Notes: a model not told the origin generated them from the letters alone. A stretch of 64,000 bases of DNA from an uncultured Oscillospiraceae bacterium (GCA_963827665.1 CAWHBQ010000003.1:90405-154404), one strand, 5' to 3'. Positions 49,902 to 60,554 are shown, counted from the stretch's first letter. Program-made: numbers and translations.

Positions 49902-50789
49902 TTACTTGACGCCCAGTTCGCGTTTGATGCGTTCGAGGGCTTTCGGGGCTTCGACGTTCATCCGTTCCGGATAACCGAAGTATGAGACACAGGCAATCGA
50001 TTCGCCGCCGACTTTGAACTTGCGGTCGGCAAATTTCATGTCGCGCAGGGTTTCGAAGATGCCCGGGAAGTCAACTTCGCCATCGCCCATCGGGGTGTGC
50101 TGGTGGATCGCCATGCTGACACCCGGCGGATTGACGATATAGCGGCAGTCCACGGTCTGGTTCATCGTGTCGGCTAAAAGGATGTGGGACAGGTCGTCGC
50201 CGGCATACTTGAGCATGTGGCGGACATCGCCTTTGCCCTTGTCGTAGAAGAAACCGTGGGAGGCGGAGTAGCAATATTTGAGGGCATCGCTGCGGTAGGA
50301 CTTGACATAGTCGCAGGTCTCGTCATTCAGTTCGCAGAAATCATAAGGATGCGACTGGACTTCGACGCGGATGCCTTCTTTTTCGAACAGCGGCAGCAGT
50401 TCGTCCATCGAGCGGAACCACATGCCATTGCAGATTTCGGGTTGGTTGGGGTCGCCTGACAACTCGGTGTTGATGACCGAAACGCCCATGTTGACGGCGA
50501 TTTCGACGATCTTCTTCCAGTTGGCAACGGCGTGCAGGCGCTGCTCTTCGGTCGGGCCGGACCAGCGGTAGACCACGATGAAGGATGAGATCTCGACGCC
50601 GGTTTCCTTGAGGGCCTTGCGGTACTCGTTTTCGGTCTCTTTCGAGAACAGGGGGTGTTTGTAAAAGGGATTGATCCGCGGATGCGGGGACTGTTCGATG
50701 TACTTGTAGCCCCAGTCGGCAACCTGGTGGACCAGGTCGTTGATGCTCATTTGTTTGGACAAGACGTCAACGTCAAATGCGATTTTCAT
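49902..50789 (-). CDS. iolH: IolH-like sugar phosphate isomerase/epimerase
   Basis: YIEQSPH, VINTELSG, HPYDF, RYIVNPPG, IHQH. Confidence 0.8.
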   Translation of the reverse strand: MKIAFDVDVLSKQMSINDLVHQVADWGYKYIEQSPHPRINPFYKHPLFSKETENEYRKALKETGVEISSFIVVYRWSGPTEEQRLHAVANWKKIVEIAVNMGVSVINTELSGDPNQPEICNGMWFRSMDELLPLFEKEGIRVEVQSHPYDFCELNDETCDYVKSYRSDALKYCYSASHGFFYDKGKGDVRHMLKYAGDDLSHILLADTMNQTVDCRYIVNPPGVSMAIHQHTPMGDGEVDFPGIFETLRDMKFADRKFKVGGESIACVSYFGYPERMNVEAPKALERIKRELGVK

Positions 50790-50881
50790 GATCAAAATCC
50801 TCCATCAGGAAATTTCATCGGATAGAGGGCTCCAGGCTGAATTGCACGGTCAGCCTGGAGCCCAAGCGTCCTGACTTAAAT

Positions 50882-51889
50882 TCAGTTGTAGAAAGCCGGG
50901 CGGGCTTCGGTTGTGATCGGTTCGATAGCACCGGATTCCTGGGCTTTGACGCAAGCGTCAGAGGCCACGCATGCCAGGTAACCGTCCCATGCGGTCGGGC
51001 CATTGACTGTGCCCTTGAGGGTGGCGTCGATCCAATCCTGGAGTTCGACGTCATAGGAATCGATGAAGCGGTCTTTCCAGTCGTTGAGGATCTGGTTCTG
51101 GAGCTTCTCTTCGCTGCGCATCTGGATCGACATCGGTTCCGGCAGTTTGGCAATACCAAGTTCACCGACGACTTCACACTGGATGTCATAACCATACTGG
51201 CAGTTGACGAAGATTTCAAGGACGACACGGACGCCCTTCGCCGAGGTGAGGATCAGGATCTGGGGATCTTTGAGTTTGTCATGGGTGTGGGTGGTCTGGC
51301 GCGGCATGATGACCTGGGCCGAAGTCCATTCGTCGTCGATCAGCCAGTGCAGGCAGTCGAGTTCATGGATGGCGGTATCATTGATGGCCATATAGGTGAC
51401 ATAGGTGGTCGGCACGGTCGGATTGCGGTGGGCGCAATGCAGGACGAGTGGTGTGCCGATTTTGCCGGAGTCGATCACATTCTTGAGCATTTTGTAACCG
51501 GCGTCATATCGACGCATGAAACCGACCTGGACGAGCTTCTTGCCGGATGCCATTTCGGCTTCGACTATTTTCTTGCCGTCCGCTGCATTTGTCGCCATCG
51601 GTTTTTCGACGAAAACAGGCTTGCCAGCCTTGATGGCTGCAAGGACTTGTTCGGCATGGACCGGACCCCAGGATGTGATGACCAGGGCATCGACATTCGA
51701 ATCGTCAATGACTTCCTGATATGTTTTATAAACAGTGATGCCAGCATAGGTGTCAGCCATTTTCTGGGCACTGTCGAGATTGATATCCGTGACAGCAACA
51801 ACCGTCGATCCATTCAATTTTGTGTGCAGGCGGCGGATATGTTCCTGTCCGATTGCGCCAGTACCGATAACACCGATTTTCAAAGCCAT
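50882..51889 (-). CDS. iolG: Inositol 2-dehydrogenase
   Basis: [47 protein letters not shown]. Confidence 0.92.
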   Translation of the reverse strand: MALKIGVIGTGAIGQEHIRRLHTKLNGSTVVAVTDINLDSAQKMADTYAGITVYKTYQEVIDDSNVDALVITSWGPVHAEQVLAAIKAGKPVFVEKPMATNAADGKKIVEAEMASGKKLVQVGFMRRYDAGYKMLKNVIDSGKIGTPLVLHCAHRNPTVPTTYVTYMAINDTAIHELDCLHWLIDDEWTSAQVIMPRQTTHTHDKLKDPQILILTSAKGVRVVLEIFVNCQYGYDIQCEVVGELGIAKLPEPMSIQMRSEEKLQNQILNDWKDRFIDSYDVELQDWIDATLKGTVNGPTAWDGYLACVASDACVKAQESGAIEPITTEARPAFYN

Positions 51890-52024
51890 TTGTTTTTCCT
51901 CCTTCAGGATGTTGGATCATTTGGACTTACGGGCATTGGGGATTTGGGTGGGATAGTCTGAGTTCAGTCCCGGGATTCTATGATCATGTCATGAAATGCT
52001 CATTACTTGATCATTATTCTGATA

Positions 52025-52040
52025 ACGTGCCCGGGCACGT
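52025..52040. promoter_or_regulatory. LacI-type operator upstream of iolG
   Basis: Perfect 16-bp palindrome ACGTGCCCGGGCACGT with central CG, just downstream of the -10 box. Confidence 0.8.
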
Positions 52041-52051
52041 AAGACTCTTTG

Positions 52052-52080
52052 AGTATATTGAATTGTGATATCTGTGTCAA
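52052..52080 (-). promoter_or_regulatory. Sigma-A promoter of iolG-iolH-iolI
   Basis: TTGACA-17 bp-TATACT on minus. Confidence 0.82.
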
Positions 52081-52169
52081 GGTGATCTGAAAAATATTTG
52101 GTCGATCTTGATGGAATGTCAAAAATAGTGTTTTTATCGTTCTTTGGATTCTATGGGTGGATCGTCCTT

Positions 52170-52226
52170 TTGACAAAGGCCCCCGGCTCGCCAGGAGGTG
52201 GCTCAACCGAGGGCCTTTGCACAAAA
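52170..52226 (-). terminator. Hairpin after the ABC permease gene
   Basis: CAAAGGCCC/GGGCCTTTG stem. Confidence 0.55.
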
Positions 52227-52306
52227 TAGGGAAATAGCACGCTTGCCTTGTGCTTGAATTTAGTGAGCCGGATCTGCCGCGCAGGTCAATGCGCGTGTGG
52301 GCAGGA

Positions 52307-53344
52307 TCAGGCTTTGTTGCGGCGTTTGTCGAGGAGCACGGCGCCGACGATGATGATCGCTTTGACGATCTGCTGCCAATAGGAGTTGACGCTCATCAGG
52401 GTCATGCCGTTGTTGATGACACCGATGATCAGCGTACCAATGATGGTTCCCTGGACCGTACCGATACCACCGACGCTCTGGCTGGTGCCGCCGATAACTG
52501 CACCGGCGATGGCGTCCAGTTCGTAGGAGAGACCGGCACTCGGCTGGCCAGATTCAATACGGGCGGACAGGGAGATGCCGGCGACGCCGGCCAGTAATGA
52601 AGCATAGCCATAGACGACAATCTTGATCAGCTTGACGTTGACACCGGAAATGATCGCCGCCTGCTCGTTGCCGCCGAGGGCGTAGATATGGCGGCCAAAT
52701 TTGGTTTTAGACAAGATCATCCAGGTAAAAGCGGTGATGACAACCAGGAGCAGGATCGGCATCGGAACGACGCCGAAGACAAAACCAGCACCGAGGTAAT
52801 TGAAGCTGTCGCTGAAATCGCCGATCGGTTTACCACCGGTCCACAGGAACGCGACGCCACGGGCTGCGGTCATCATACCTAAGGTGACGATGAAGGGCGG
52901 CAGTTCGAAGTAAGCGATGATCAGGCCGTTGATGATACCAGCCAGGGCCGCCACGCTGAGTCCGATCAGGATCGGGACGATCAGAGGATACTGGCCGATG
53001 TTGTCGACGTAATTGCCAGCGGCATCCTTGATCGGATGGGCGAATTTGGCGGCAAAAACAGCGGCCAGGGCCAGGACGGAACCGGACGACAGGTCGATAC
53101 CGGTGGTGATGATGATGACAGTGACACCGATACCGACCAGGCCGACGAATGAAACCTGGCGGACGACGTTCATCAAGTTGATCGGGTTCAGGAACATGCC
53201 TTTGGTGGCGACCGCAGCGATACCGCAAATCAGGATCAGGATCAGCAAAATACCGTATTTGTTGAATATTTCATTCATGGTTTGCTTGCCCGTCTTAGCG
53301 ACGGCAGCGCTGGAATCTGGCGAATTTTTCAATGCCATTTTCAT
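52307..53344 (-). CDS. Sugar (probably inositol) ABC transporter permease, RbsC family
   Basis: GIDLSSGS, PPFIVTLGM, GRHIYALGGNEQAA, YELDAIAGAVIGG. Confidence 0.93.
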   Translation of the reverse strand: MKMALKNSPDSSAAVAKTGKQTMNEIFNKYGILLILILICGIAAVATKGMFLNPINLMNVVRQVSFVGLVGIGVTVIIITTGIDLSSGSVLALAAVFAAKFAHPIKDAAGNYVDNIGQYPLIVPILIGLSVAALAGIINGLIIAYFELPPFIVTLGMMTAARGVAFLWTGGKPIGDFSDSFNYLGAGFVFGVVPMPILLLVVITAFTWMILSKTKFGRHIYALGGNEQAAIISGVNVKLIKIVVYGYASLLAGVAGISLSARIESGQPSAGLSYELDAIAGAVIGGTSQSVGGIGTVQGTIIGTLIIGVINNGMTLMSVNSYWQQIVKAIIIVGAVLLDKRRNKA

Positions 53345-53381
53345 TGACCTCCATTTTTCTTAAATGAACACCCGATCCTGA

Positions 53382-54896
53382 TCAGGACACGTAAGTGTTG
53401 GTTGCGTACTGCATAATCAGTGTCTGGGTGGCTTCTGAGCGCTTGACTTCGCCCGTGATCCTGCCTTCGTGCATGACCATGATCCGGTCGCTCATACCCA
53501 TGACTTCAGGAAGTTCCGAAGAGATCATGATCACGGCTCGACCTTCTTTGGCCATCAGACTGAGCAGTTTGTGGATTTCGGACTTGGCCCCGACATCGAT
53601 ACCGCGAGTCGGCTCATCAACGATCAGGATTTCGGGATCCGTCAGCAACCAGCGGGCAATCAGGACTTTCTGCTGGTTACCACCGGACAAATTCCTGATC
53701 AGCTGGCTAAGGCTCGGTGTTTTAACCGCAAGCTTGTCTTTTTGGGCAAGGCAGGCCTTCTCCATGGCTTTTTTCTTGAGGAAGCCGAGCTTGGAGTAAT
53801 CATCCATGCTGGCAACCGTCATGTTGTCACGGACAGACAATGGCAGGAAACAACCCGTCTGCTTGCGGTCTTCGGTCAACAAGGCCATACGATGTTTCAA
53901 CGCGTCGCGCGGCATCGTGATATTGGCTTTCTTGCCATGGATCAGGACTTCGCCAGCATCGAGCTTGGTATAGCCAAACAGTGCTTCCATGACTTCCGTG
54001 CGCCCTGCACCCATCAGTCCGGCAAAGCCAAGGATTTCTCCTTTACGCAAATCGAAGCTGATATCCTTGAACAAACCGTTGCGGGTCAGGCCGCGGCAGG
54101 ACAAGATGACATCACCGATTTCGGCTTCCTCTTTCGGGAACATCTGGGTTATCTCGCGACCAACCATCCAGGCGATCAATTTGTCGCGTGAGGAATTGGC
54201 GGCGAAATCCGTTCCGACATAGCGGCCATCACGGAAAACGGTGATTTCATCGGTGATCTGGAACACTTCGTCCATTTTGTGGGTGATGAATACGAAGGCA
54301 ACGTTATTTTCCTTCTTGAGTTTACGGACCATTTCGAAAAGATGATCAACTTCCTTGTCGGTAATTGCCGAAGTCGGTTCATCCATGATGATCAATTTGG
54401 AATTATAGGAAATAGCTTTGGCTATTTCGACCATCTGCTTCTTAGCGACTGTCAGCTTGTACATCATGTCCGTTGGCGCGATATTGGATATGCCAAGGGA
54501 CTTGAACAGCACCTGTGTGTCAGTGATCATTTTCTTGAAATCGACGAACATTCCTTTATGGGGTTCGCGATTCAGGTAAATGTTTTCTGCGACAGTCATG
54601 TGGGGAATCGGGTTCAGTTCCTGGAAAATCATCGACACGCCATTCTTGAGTGATGTACCGATGTTGTTGAAGTCGACGAGCTTGCCGTCAATTTTGATTG
54701 TCCCTGTATCAGCTTTGTACATGCCGACGACGATTTTCATCAACGTTGATTTGCCGGCACCATTCTCACCCATCAGGGCGTGGACGGAGCCTTTGCGGAC
54801 TTTCATGGTCACGTCCGACAAAGCCTGGACACCAGGGAAAGATTTGGAAATATTTTCTACTTCCAATACATAGTCGTTATTCGTTTCAATACTCAA
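53382..54896 (-). CDS. Sugar ABC transporter ATP-binding protein, RbsA/MglA family
   Basis: [31 protein letters not shown]; TTG start after GGAGG. Confidence 0.95.
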   Translation of the reverse strand: MSIETNNDYVLEVENISKSFPGVQALSDVTMKVRKGSVHALMGENGAGKSTLMKIVVGMYKADTGTIKIDGKLVDFNNIGTSLKNGVSMIFQELNPIPHMTVAENIYLNREPHKGMFVDFKKMITDTQVLFKSLGISNIAPTDMMYKLTVAKKQMVEIAKAISYNSKLIIMDEPTSAITDKEVDHLFEMVRKLKKENNVAFVFITHKMDEVFQITDEITVFRDGRYVGTDFAANSSRDKLIAWMVGREITQMFPKEEAEIGDVILSCRGLTRNGLFKDISFDLRKGEILGFAGLMGAGRTEVMEALFGYTKLDAGEVLIHGKKANITMPRDALKHRMALLTEDRKQTGCFLPLSVRDNMTVASMDDYSKLGFLKKKAMEKACLAQKDKLAVKTPSLSQLIRNLSGGNQQKVLIARWLLTDPEILIVDEPTRGIDVGAKSEIHKLLSLMAKEGRAVIMISSELPEVMGMSDRIMVMHEGRITGEVKRSEATQTLIMQYATNTYVS

Positions 54897-54933
54897 AGCG
54901 CACCTCCGAAGCATCGAGCTTACGTATTCGGAT

Positions 54934-54968
54934 AAAAAGGGCGTTCGACGTTTAGTCGAACGCCCTTC
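54934..54968 (-). terminator. Hairpin between the SBP and ATPase genes (attenuator or mRNA stabiliser)
   Basis: AAGGGCGTTCGAC/GTCGAACGCCCTT perfect stem with an A-tract. Confidence 0.75.
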
Positions 54969-55069
54969 CTTCCTTATCGGCTGTCAGTTCGAACAAGTTT
55001 CCCTATTTCTACTGGATTCCGATAGATGACAACTGTTTAAAGTTGTAGCAAGCAATCTTGATGATTTAA

Positions 55070-56089
55070 TTATTTGATGCCCCAGAAATCAGCATAGGTC
55101 TGGTAGCTTTCCGGCGGAACAGCAACGTAAGGAATCCAGACGATCTTTTCAACGGTTTTACCCATTGCGAGATCATAAGCTGCCTGGACACCGCCAGCGC
55201 CCTGGCCTTTAGGATCCTGGAAGACGGTCATGCTGAGTGTTCCTTTTTTCAGTTCGGCGAGAGCATCAGGTGTGCAGTCAACGCCAGCGACGAGGATTTT
55301 GCCGGTCAGGCCAGCATTCTCGATGGCTTTGACAGCGCCGATAGCCATTTCATCGTTGTTGCAGACGAAAGCATTGATTTTGTCGCCTTCTTTTTGCAGC
55401 CAGGTTTCGGCCAGAGCCATGCCCTTCGCACGATCCCATGAAGCTGTGTCATTTTCGAGAACTTTGATGTCCGGATATTTTTCTGTGATAACCTTGAGGT
55501 TGCCTTCGGTACGGCTGGCAGCAGCTTCATGGCCTTCAGCACCACGCATGATGACGATGTTGCCTTTGCCGCCGAGTTTTTCACCGATGTATTCCATCTG
55601 GAAGATACCAGCGTCGATGGAGTTGGAACCAACATAGGTGGTCATGTCAGCTTCACTCTTGAATTTGCGGTTGACAGCGATCAGCGGGATCTTGGCATCA
55701 AAGCAAGCTTTGGTCAGGGCTTGGGTAGCGTCAGTGTTGACCGGGACGATGATGATCGCGTCACATTTCTGTGCAACGAAGTTTTCGACCTGGCTCAGCT
55801 GGAGAGCTGCGTCGTCTTTGCCGTCAACCATCAGAAGCTCGACACCGAGTTCTTTGGCTTTGGCTTCAGCAGCTTCACGCATGTAGGTCAGCCATTTGTC
55901 ATCGAAGTTGGACATTGCATAACCGACTTTGACGGTTTTGCCGGCGGCAGCGGTGGTCGCAGCAGCGGTGGTTTCAGCAGCGGCAGCGGTGGTAGCGGCC
56001 GGAGCAGTGGTAGCGGTGGACGCACAACCGGCGACCATGGCAACCAGCATAGCAACCAAAGCGAGCAGGGCAAGGATTTTCTTGGACAT
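55070..56089 (-). CDS. Sugar ABC transporter substrate-binding lipoprotein
   Basis: Lipobox VAGC, Ala/Thr linker, RbsB-like NNDEMAIGA, TVFQDP. Confidence 0.93.
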   Translation of the reverse strand: MSKKILALLALVAMLVAMVAGCASTATTAPAATTAAAAETTAAATTAAAGKTVKVGYAMSNFDDKWLTYMREAAEAKAKELGVELLMVDGKDDAALQLSQVENFVAQKCDAIIIVPVNTDATQALTKACFDAKIPLIAVNRKFKSEADMTTYVGSNSIDAGIFQMEYIGEKLGGKGNIVIMRGAEGHEAAASRTEGNLKVITEKYPDIKVLENDTASWDRAKGMALAETWLQKEGDKINAFVCNNDEMAIGAVKAIENAGLTGKILVAGVDCTPDALAELKKGTLSMTVFQDPKGQGAGGVQAAYDLAMGKTVEKIVWIPYVAVPPESYQTYADFWGIK

Positions 56090-56319
56090 GTTAGACTCCT
56101 CCTCAAATTTTTTATATAATCCGCCACCTTCTTTGTGAAGGCAGTCGGTTTATAACACATTTAACTGAGCTGGTCGATCGAAGTAAGTTGAATGGAGTTT
56201 GTTGAATGGAGTAAATTGAACGGGACAAGATATGAATTGTGGGCTATGGTTTTATCGGCCTTCTAGCCACTCATTAGTATTTGTTTAAGTCTTGGTTATC
56301 TTATTGGCTTTTCTTTGTT

Positions 56320-56335
56320 AGTTGTCCGAGCACGT
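56320..56335. promoter_or_regulatory. LacI-type operator upstream of the ABC operon
   Basis: AGTTGTCCGAGCACGT matches the iolG palindrome and sits at the same offset from the -10 box. Confidence 0.72.
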
Positions 56336-56346
56336 TAACAATTGCC

Positions 56347-56375
56347 ATTATAGTTTCGTCTTAAAATGCTGTCAA
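56347..56375 (-). promoter_or_regulatory. Sigma-A promoter of the ABC operon
   Basis: TTGACA-17 bp-TATAAT, perfect consensus on minus. Confidence 0.88.
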
Positions 56376-56730
56376 TACACTTTGTTGAAAATGGCAAAAA
56401 TCCTTTATCCCGGACAATCACTTTGTGTATTTTGTCATTATTACTTGTCTCAAGCTATGCAATTTGTCTGACTTGTATGGATATTCTGTGAAAATTATTG
56501 TATACAACAGCAACTTGTCGACTTAACACAAATAAACTCATCAATTTGAGTCAATTATCATGTTGTGGGTATATTTAACTGTTTTGTTCCGGTTGAACGT
56601 TTATTTATCATGGATGTCTTCTGACAATTGAGTTTTTCGAGCGGTTTATGGACATATTGTACCATAAACTGGTCCAGCAAAAGCTTGCGACACCGTGATC
56701 TGACTCGAAATATCACCAGATCCTGAGTCC

Positions 56731-56760
56731 TTGCACCAAACTGCATCGATATGCTATAAT
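56731..56760 (+). promoter_or_regulatory. Promoter of tRNA-Glu
   Basis: TTGCAC-18 bp-TATAAT with an extended TGn -10. Confidence 0.7.
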
Positions 56761-56777
56761 CAGCCGAATTCACAAAT

Positions 56778-56852
56778 GGCCCTATGGTCAAGCGGTCAAG
56801 ACGCTGCCCTCTCACGGCGGAATCAGGAGTTCGATTCTCCTTAGGGTCACCA
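56778..56852 (+). tRNA. tRNA-Glu (anticodon CTC)
   Basis: GGCCCTATGGTCAAGCGGTCAAGACGCTGCCCTCTCACGGCGGAATCAGGAGTTCGATTCTCCTTAGGGTCACCA. Confidence 0.96.
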
Positions 56853-56856
56853 GAAA

Positions 56857-56895
56857 GAAGAGGCGCTTTCAGTAATGAGAGCGCCTCTTCTGTTT
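56857..56895. terminator. Terminator between tRNA-Glu and the convergent oxidoreductase
   Basis: AGAAGAGGCGCT/AGCGCCTCTTCT stem. Confidence 0.8.
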
Positions 56896-56966
56896 ATTCA
56901 TTCAGCTTATTTATTCAGCATTCTGGTTTTTAGCCATATGCTTCTGCAATCTTCAGGTCAAACCCA

Positions 56967-58139
56967 TTAATCGAAGTCGACCCATACCGCGCCTTTGTCA
57001 GCAGACTCAACACATTTATTGACGTATTTGACACCGTCATAACCAGCATGGACATCCGGATACCAGAAGTCTTCGCTGCCGACTTTGCCGCCTTTGTTGG
57101 CCAGATCCATCGCCAGGCCAAAGCGCAGGTAGAGGTTGGACCAGGATTCAAAGAGGCCCTCCGGGTGTCCGCCACCGATGCGGTCATCCGCAAGCGCACT
57201 CGGATAGAGGTAGCCCATACCACGTTCGAGGATCTGGGCCGGCTGGCCCTGGATTTCATAGCGCAGCTGGTTGGGCTGTTCATCCCACCATTCAATACTG
57301 GCTTTGGAACCAACAATGCGGACTTTCTGGCCATGCATCGACCCGGCGTTGACGCTGCTGACCCACATGGTGCCAACTGCGCCGTTGTCATACTGCATCA
57401 GGACCGTGGCATTGTCTTCGAGCGGGGCACGGCTCTTGACGAAGCTCTGGCGAGTGCACAGGAGCCTGGTGATTTTCAGGTCCGGGGCCATGATTTCAGC
57501 GAGGAACAGCGGATGGGTGGCCAGATCACCAAGAACGAAGGAAGGTCCGGCGAACTTGGGGTCGACACGCCATTTCTGGGCATCGCTGTTGGCTTCGATC
57601 GCCCCCGCGTTAAAGCCATGCGAGAACTGCATGTCAACAATGCGGATTTCACCGAGATCACCATGAGCAATCAGTTGACGGCCTTGTTCAATGACCTGGT
57701 GGCCCGAATAGCCGTAGGTCACCCCAAAGACACGGTTCAGTCTGACCGACATCTCAAGCAGCTCTTTGGCCTGTTCGGTTTCGAAGCAGAGCGGTTTTTC
57801 GACAACAACATGCAAGCCGGCGGCCATGGCGGCCTTGGCGATGGTGTAGTGGGTGCTGTTCGGGGTGGCGATCGTTACGGCTTCGATGCCGTCTTCACGT
57901 TTGGCTTCCTCGGCAAACAGGGTCTGGTAATCTGGATAGCAGCGCTTCGGATCAAGTCCGAGCTGGATCCCGAAGTCTATTCCACGTTCGGGGTTGATAT
58001 CGAAAGCACCGGCGACCAGTTCAAAACTGCGGTCACGCAAGGCGGCTGAACGATGGATGTAACCGATATTGCTGCCGCGGCCGCCACCGACCATGGCCCA
58101 GCGAAGCGGACGTTCATATCTCTTTTCACCATTAATCAT
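56967..58139 (-). CDS. Gfo/Idh/MocA family oxidoreductase
   Basis: MVGGGRGSNIG, ATPNSTH, EKPL, GDLATH, GHPEG. Confidence 0.92.
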   Translation of the reverse strand: MINGEKRYERPLRWAMVGGGRGSNIGYIHRSAALRDRSFELVAGAFDINPERGIDFGIQLGLDPKRCYPDYQTLFAEEAKREDGIEAVTIATPNSTHYTIAKAAMAAGLHVVVEKPLCFETEQAKELLEMSVRLNRVFGVTYGYSGHQVIEQGRQLIAHGDLGEIRIVDMQFSHGFNAGAIEANSDAQKWRVDPKFAGPSFVLGDLATHPLFLAEIMAPDLKITRLLCTRQSFVKSRAPLEDNATVLMQYDNGAVGTMWVSSVNAGSMHGQKVRIVGSKASIEWWDEQPNQLRYEIQGQPAQILERGMGYLYPSALADDRIGGGHPEGLFESWSNLYLRFGLAMDLANKGGKVGSEDFWYPDVHAGYDGVKYVNKCVESADKGAVWVDFD

Positions 58140-58203
58140 TTGAGTTGCTCCTTCTCTTCTTTTGTTGATCAGATCCTGATCGATTTCACTGAGTATCCGA
58201 CGA

Positions 58204-59127
58204 TTAGTATCCGACGCTCTTCAAATACTGGTAACTTCTGGTCACGTCACGAAGACTGGTGTCTGAATCGCGCGGGTCGCGTTCCTGTTCGACGGTGACC
58301 CAGCCGGTATAGCCGATTTCCCGCAAGGCTTTATTGATCCCTGGATAATCGATCACACCGCTGCCGATCGGGCACATCACGCCTTTGGCACAAGCTTCGA
58401 AGAAATCGATTTCGATTTTCATCATCTCGTCATAGATTTCCTTGTTGACATCTTTGAAGTGGACATAATCGATCCGATCAATGTATTTGCGGATCCAAGT
58501 CTCGGGATCCATTTTGGCATAATAAAGATGACCAGTGTCAAAAACGAAACCTGACAGTTCTTTCGGTACATCGGCGATCACCTTTTCGATTTCATCGGCA
58601 AACTCGATGTAGCCACCAGCGTGCGGGTGCAGGACTGGGCGGACTTTATACTTTGTCCAGGCCAGTTCGGCGATTGCGCGGATATTGTCCAGCATGTCCT
58701 GGTACTTTTCGGGAGAAAGGCGTGGTGCAGTGTCGGGATGTCCGGCGGTGCAGGCCCGTTCGGCATGGAAATAATCCATGTAGGTCAAGTAAGGCGTCGC
58801 AAAACGCTGTTCAGGTTCTTTTTCATCCCTGGGCAGCTGGGTGATGAATTTGCAGATGTTGTCGGTTTGCTTGAGCAGGCTTTCCCGATTGGATTTGCTG
58901 ACAAGGTCATCGAAGATCGTGCCGACGATGATCGACAGGTCGTTTTTTTCCAATTCGGCACGGACGGTGTCGACTTCGAGCGGGACATAGCCGTATGGAC
59001 CCAGTTCGATACCCTTGAAACCGGACAAATGGGCCTCTTCAAAGACTTTTTTCCAGCTCGGCAGATAAGGATTTTTCGGATCATCGACGCCCCAACAGCT
59101 GGGCGCACAAGCAATGCGGATACTCAT
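58204..59127 (-). CDS. IolE-like (inosose dehydratase) TIM-barrel protein
   Basis: APSCWGVD, ELGPYG, HPHAGGYIE, DTGHL, HFKDV, VEQE. Confidence 0.8.
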   Translation of the reverse strand: MSIRIACAPSCWGVDDPKNPYLPSWKKVFEEAHLSGFKGIELGPYGYVPLEVDTVRAELEKNDLSIIVGTIFDDLVSKSNRESLLKQTDNICKFITQLPRDEKEPEQRFATPYLTYMDYFHAERACTAGHPDTAPRLSPEKYQDMLDNIRAIAELAWTKYKVRPVLHPHAGGYIEFADEIEKVIADVPKELSGFVFDTGHLYYAKMDPETWIRKYIDRIDYVHFKDVNKEIYDEMMKIEIDFFEACAKGVMCPIGSGVIDYPGINKALREIGYTGWVTVEQERDPRDSDTSLRDVTRSYQYLKSVGY

Positions 59128-59388
59128 AATTACCTCCGTGGTTTGTGGTTTGTGATTTGGCATCAGTTGAATCAGCTTAGCACCTGATCCTCTGGAACAA
59201 TTTCATTCTAGGCTCATTTCCAATAAACACCAATACCAATCTTGCGAAATGAAAAAAGTGACAATCGCCGGAAACGCCTGATTTTCCGAGCTTTCAGAGC
59301 CACATGGCTAATACTGGTTTCTGGCAATTCCTAATTCTTGTCATTCCATATGTTTGAATGCCTTTGAGTGACAAGTTATATAGTCGGA

Positions 59389-59429
59389 AAACTCGTTTGT
59401 GCTTTTTGACAAAAAGCACAAACGAGTTT
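59389..59429. terminator. 41-bp near-perfect palindrome after the LacI gene
   Basis: AAACTCGTTTGTGCTTTTTG-A-CAAAAAGCACAAACGAGTTT. Confidence 0.65.
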
Positions 59430-59489
59430 CTATTTCATTCAATGACAATAAAATCGAACTGGAAAAACTGGCATGTCAGGCATGATTGA

Positions 59490-60548
59490 TCAATTATGAT
59501 TGTCTGATTGCTCGGTGAGGATCTCGATATTTTCCTGGACGCCAATGCAAATCGGCATATGGATCATATTTTGCGGTTGTCTTCCATGTACGATCAGATC
59601 CAGTAAAGTATCTGTAGCTACTTCTCCTAGATTTTCGGGTAAGGATCCCAGTGTGAAGTCAAAAATACCACGTTTGATCAATGTTGATACGTCTGGAGTG
59701 AAATTATGGCTAACCACATGAACATGTCGCTTTTTTCCAGTATCGATGATGGCTTGCCCTATTTCTGCCGAACAACCTGCGATATTGAAGAGTCCATCCA
59801 GGTCAGAATACAAGTCCAAAAGTTCCCGGGTTTTCAGGTAAGTCAATTCGGGATTCTCACCAGTCTCGATAATCACAGCGACTTTCACTTGAGGATATTT
59901 GTCGTCGAGGCACGTTAAAAAACCATCGAGACGCTGCTTTTGAGCAGGAATTTCCAGTGAACCGACAACAACTGCTACACTACCCCTTGATTTAATCAGA
60001 CGCGAAAGCAGACCAGCTGCCATGCTTCCGCCAAGACGGTGGTCCTCTCCGATGTAACAGACGCTTTTGCTTTTCGGTACATCGGATTCGACTGTGATCA
60101 CTGCAGTCTCCCGTGCGGTCAAGTAGGCGATTTTCTGACGGATAGTCGCATTCGAAAATCCGCGCAGAATCAATCCATCAACCCGGCGCATGAAAAGCTG
60201 ATTCAGTGCAGCTACTGTTTCATCCGGATTGTGGCTATCACAGTAATAATATTGGGTTTCGATCAGCAAGTGAGCATTTCGAGCGATAGCATTCACAATG
60301 CCTTTTTGCACACTGGCAAAATAGGGATTGTTGATCGGTGGGATAATGATCACAAGTCGCACGGGGCGCCGGGAACGAGTGGACCTGCCTGACCAGGCAG
60401 CAGTGCTATATCCGGTTTCGTTGATCACTTGGCGGACATGCGAACGGAGCGCCTCGTTCAGTCCCGGCCGATTGTGAAGCACTTTATCGACCGTGCCGCG
60501 CGAGACGCCCGCAATTTTCGCGATCTCATTGATCGTGATCTTTTTCAT
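59490..60548 (-). CDS. LacI family transcriptional regulator
   Basis: TINEIAKIAGVSRGTVDKVLHNR HTH plus a periplasmic-binding-like domain. Confidence 0.93.
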   Translation of the reverse strand: MKKITINEIAKIAGVSRGTVDKVLHNRPGLNEALRSHVRQVINETGYSTAAWSGRSTRSRRPVRLVIIIPPINNPYFASVQKGIVNAIARNAHLLIETQYYYCDSHNPDETVAALNQLFMRRVDGLILRGFSNATIRQKIAYLTARETAVITVESDVPKSKSVCYIGEDHRLGGSMAAGLLSRLIKSRGSVAVVVGSLEIPAQKQRLDGFLTCLDDKYPQVKVAVIIETGENPELTYLKTRELLDLYSDLDGLFNIAGCSAEIGQAIIDTGKKRHVHVVSHNFTPDVSTLIKRGIFDFTLGSLPENLGEVATDTLLDLIVHGRQPQNMIHMPICIGVQENIEILTEQSDNHN

Positions 60549-60554
60549 GAACCC

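Noticed and set aside
57048-58049. Long antisense ORFs (e.g. 57048..58049, 62123..63208, 38597..39370, 53469..54191, 9648..10367)
   Set aside because: Shadows of well-supported genes on the opposite strand, with no recognisable motifs.
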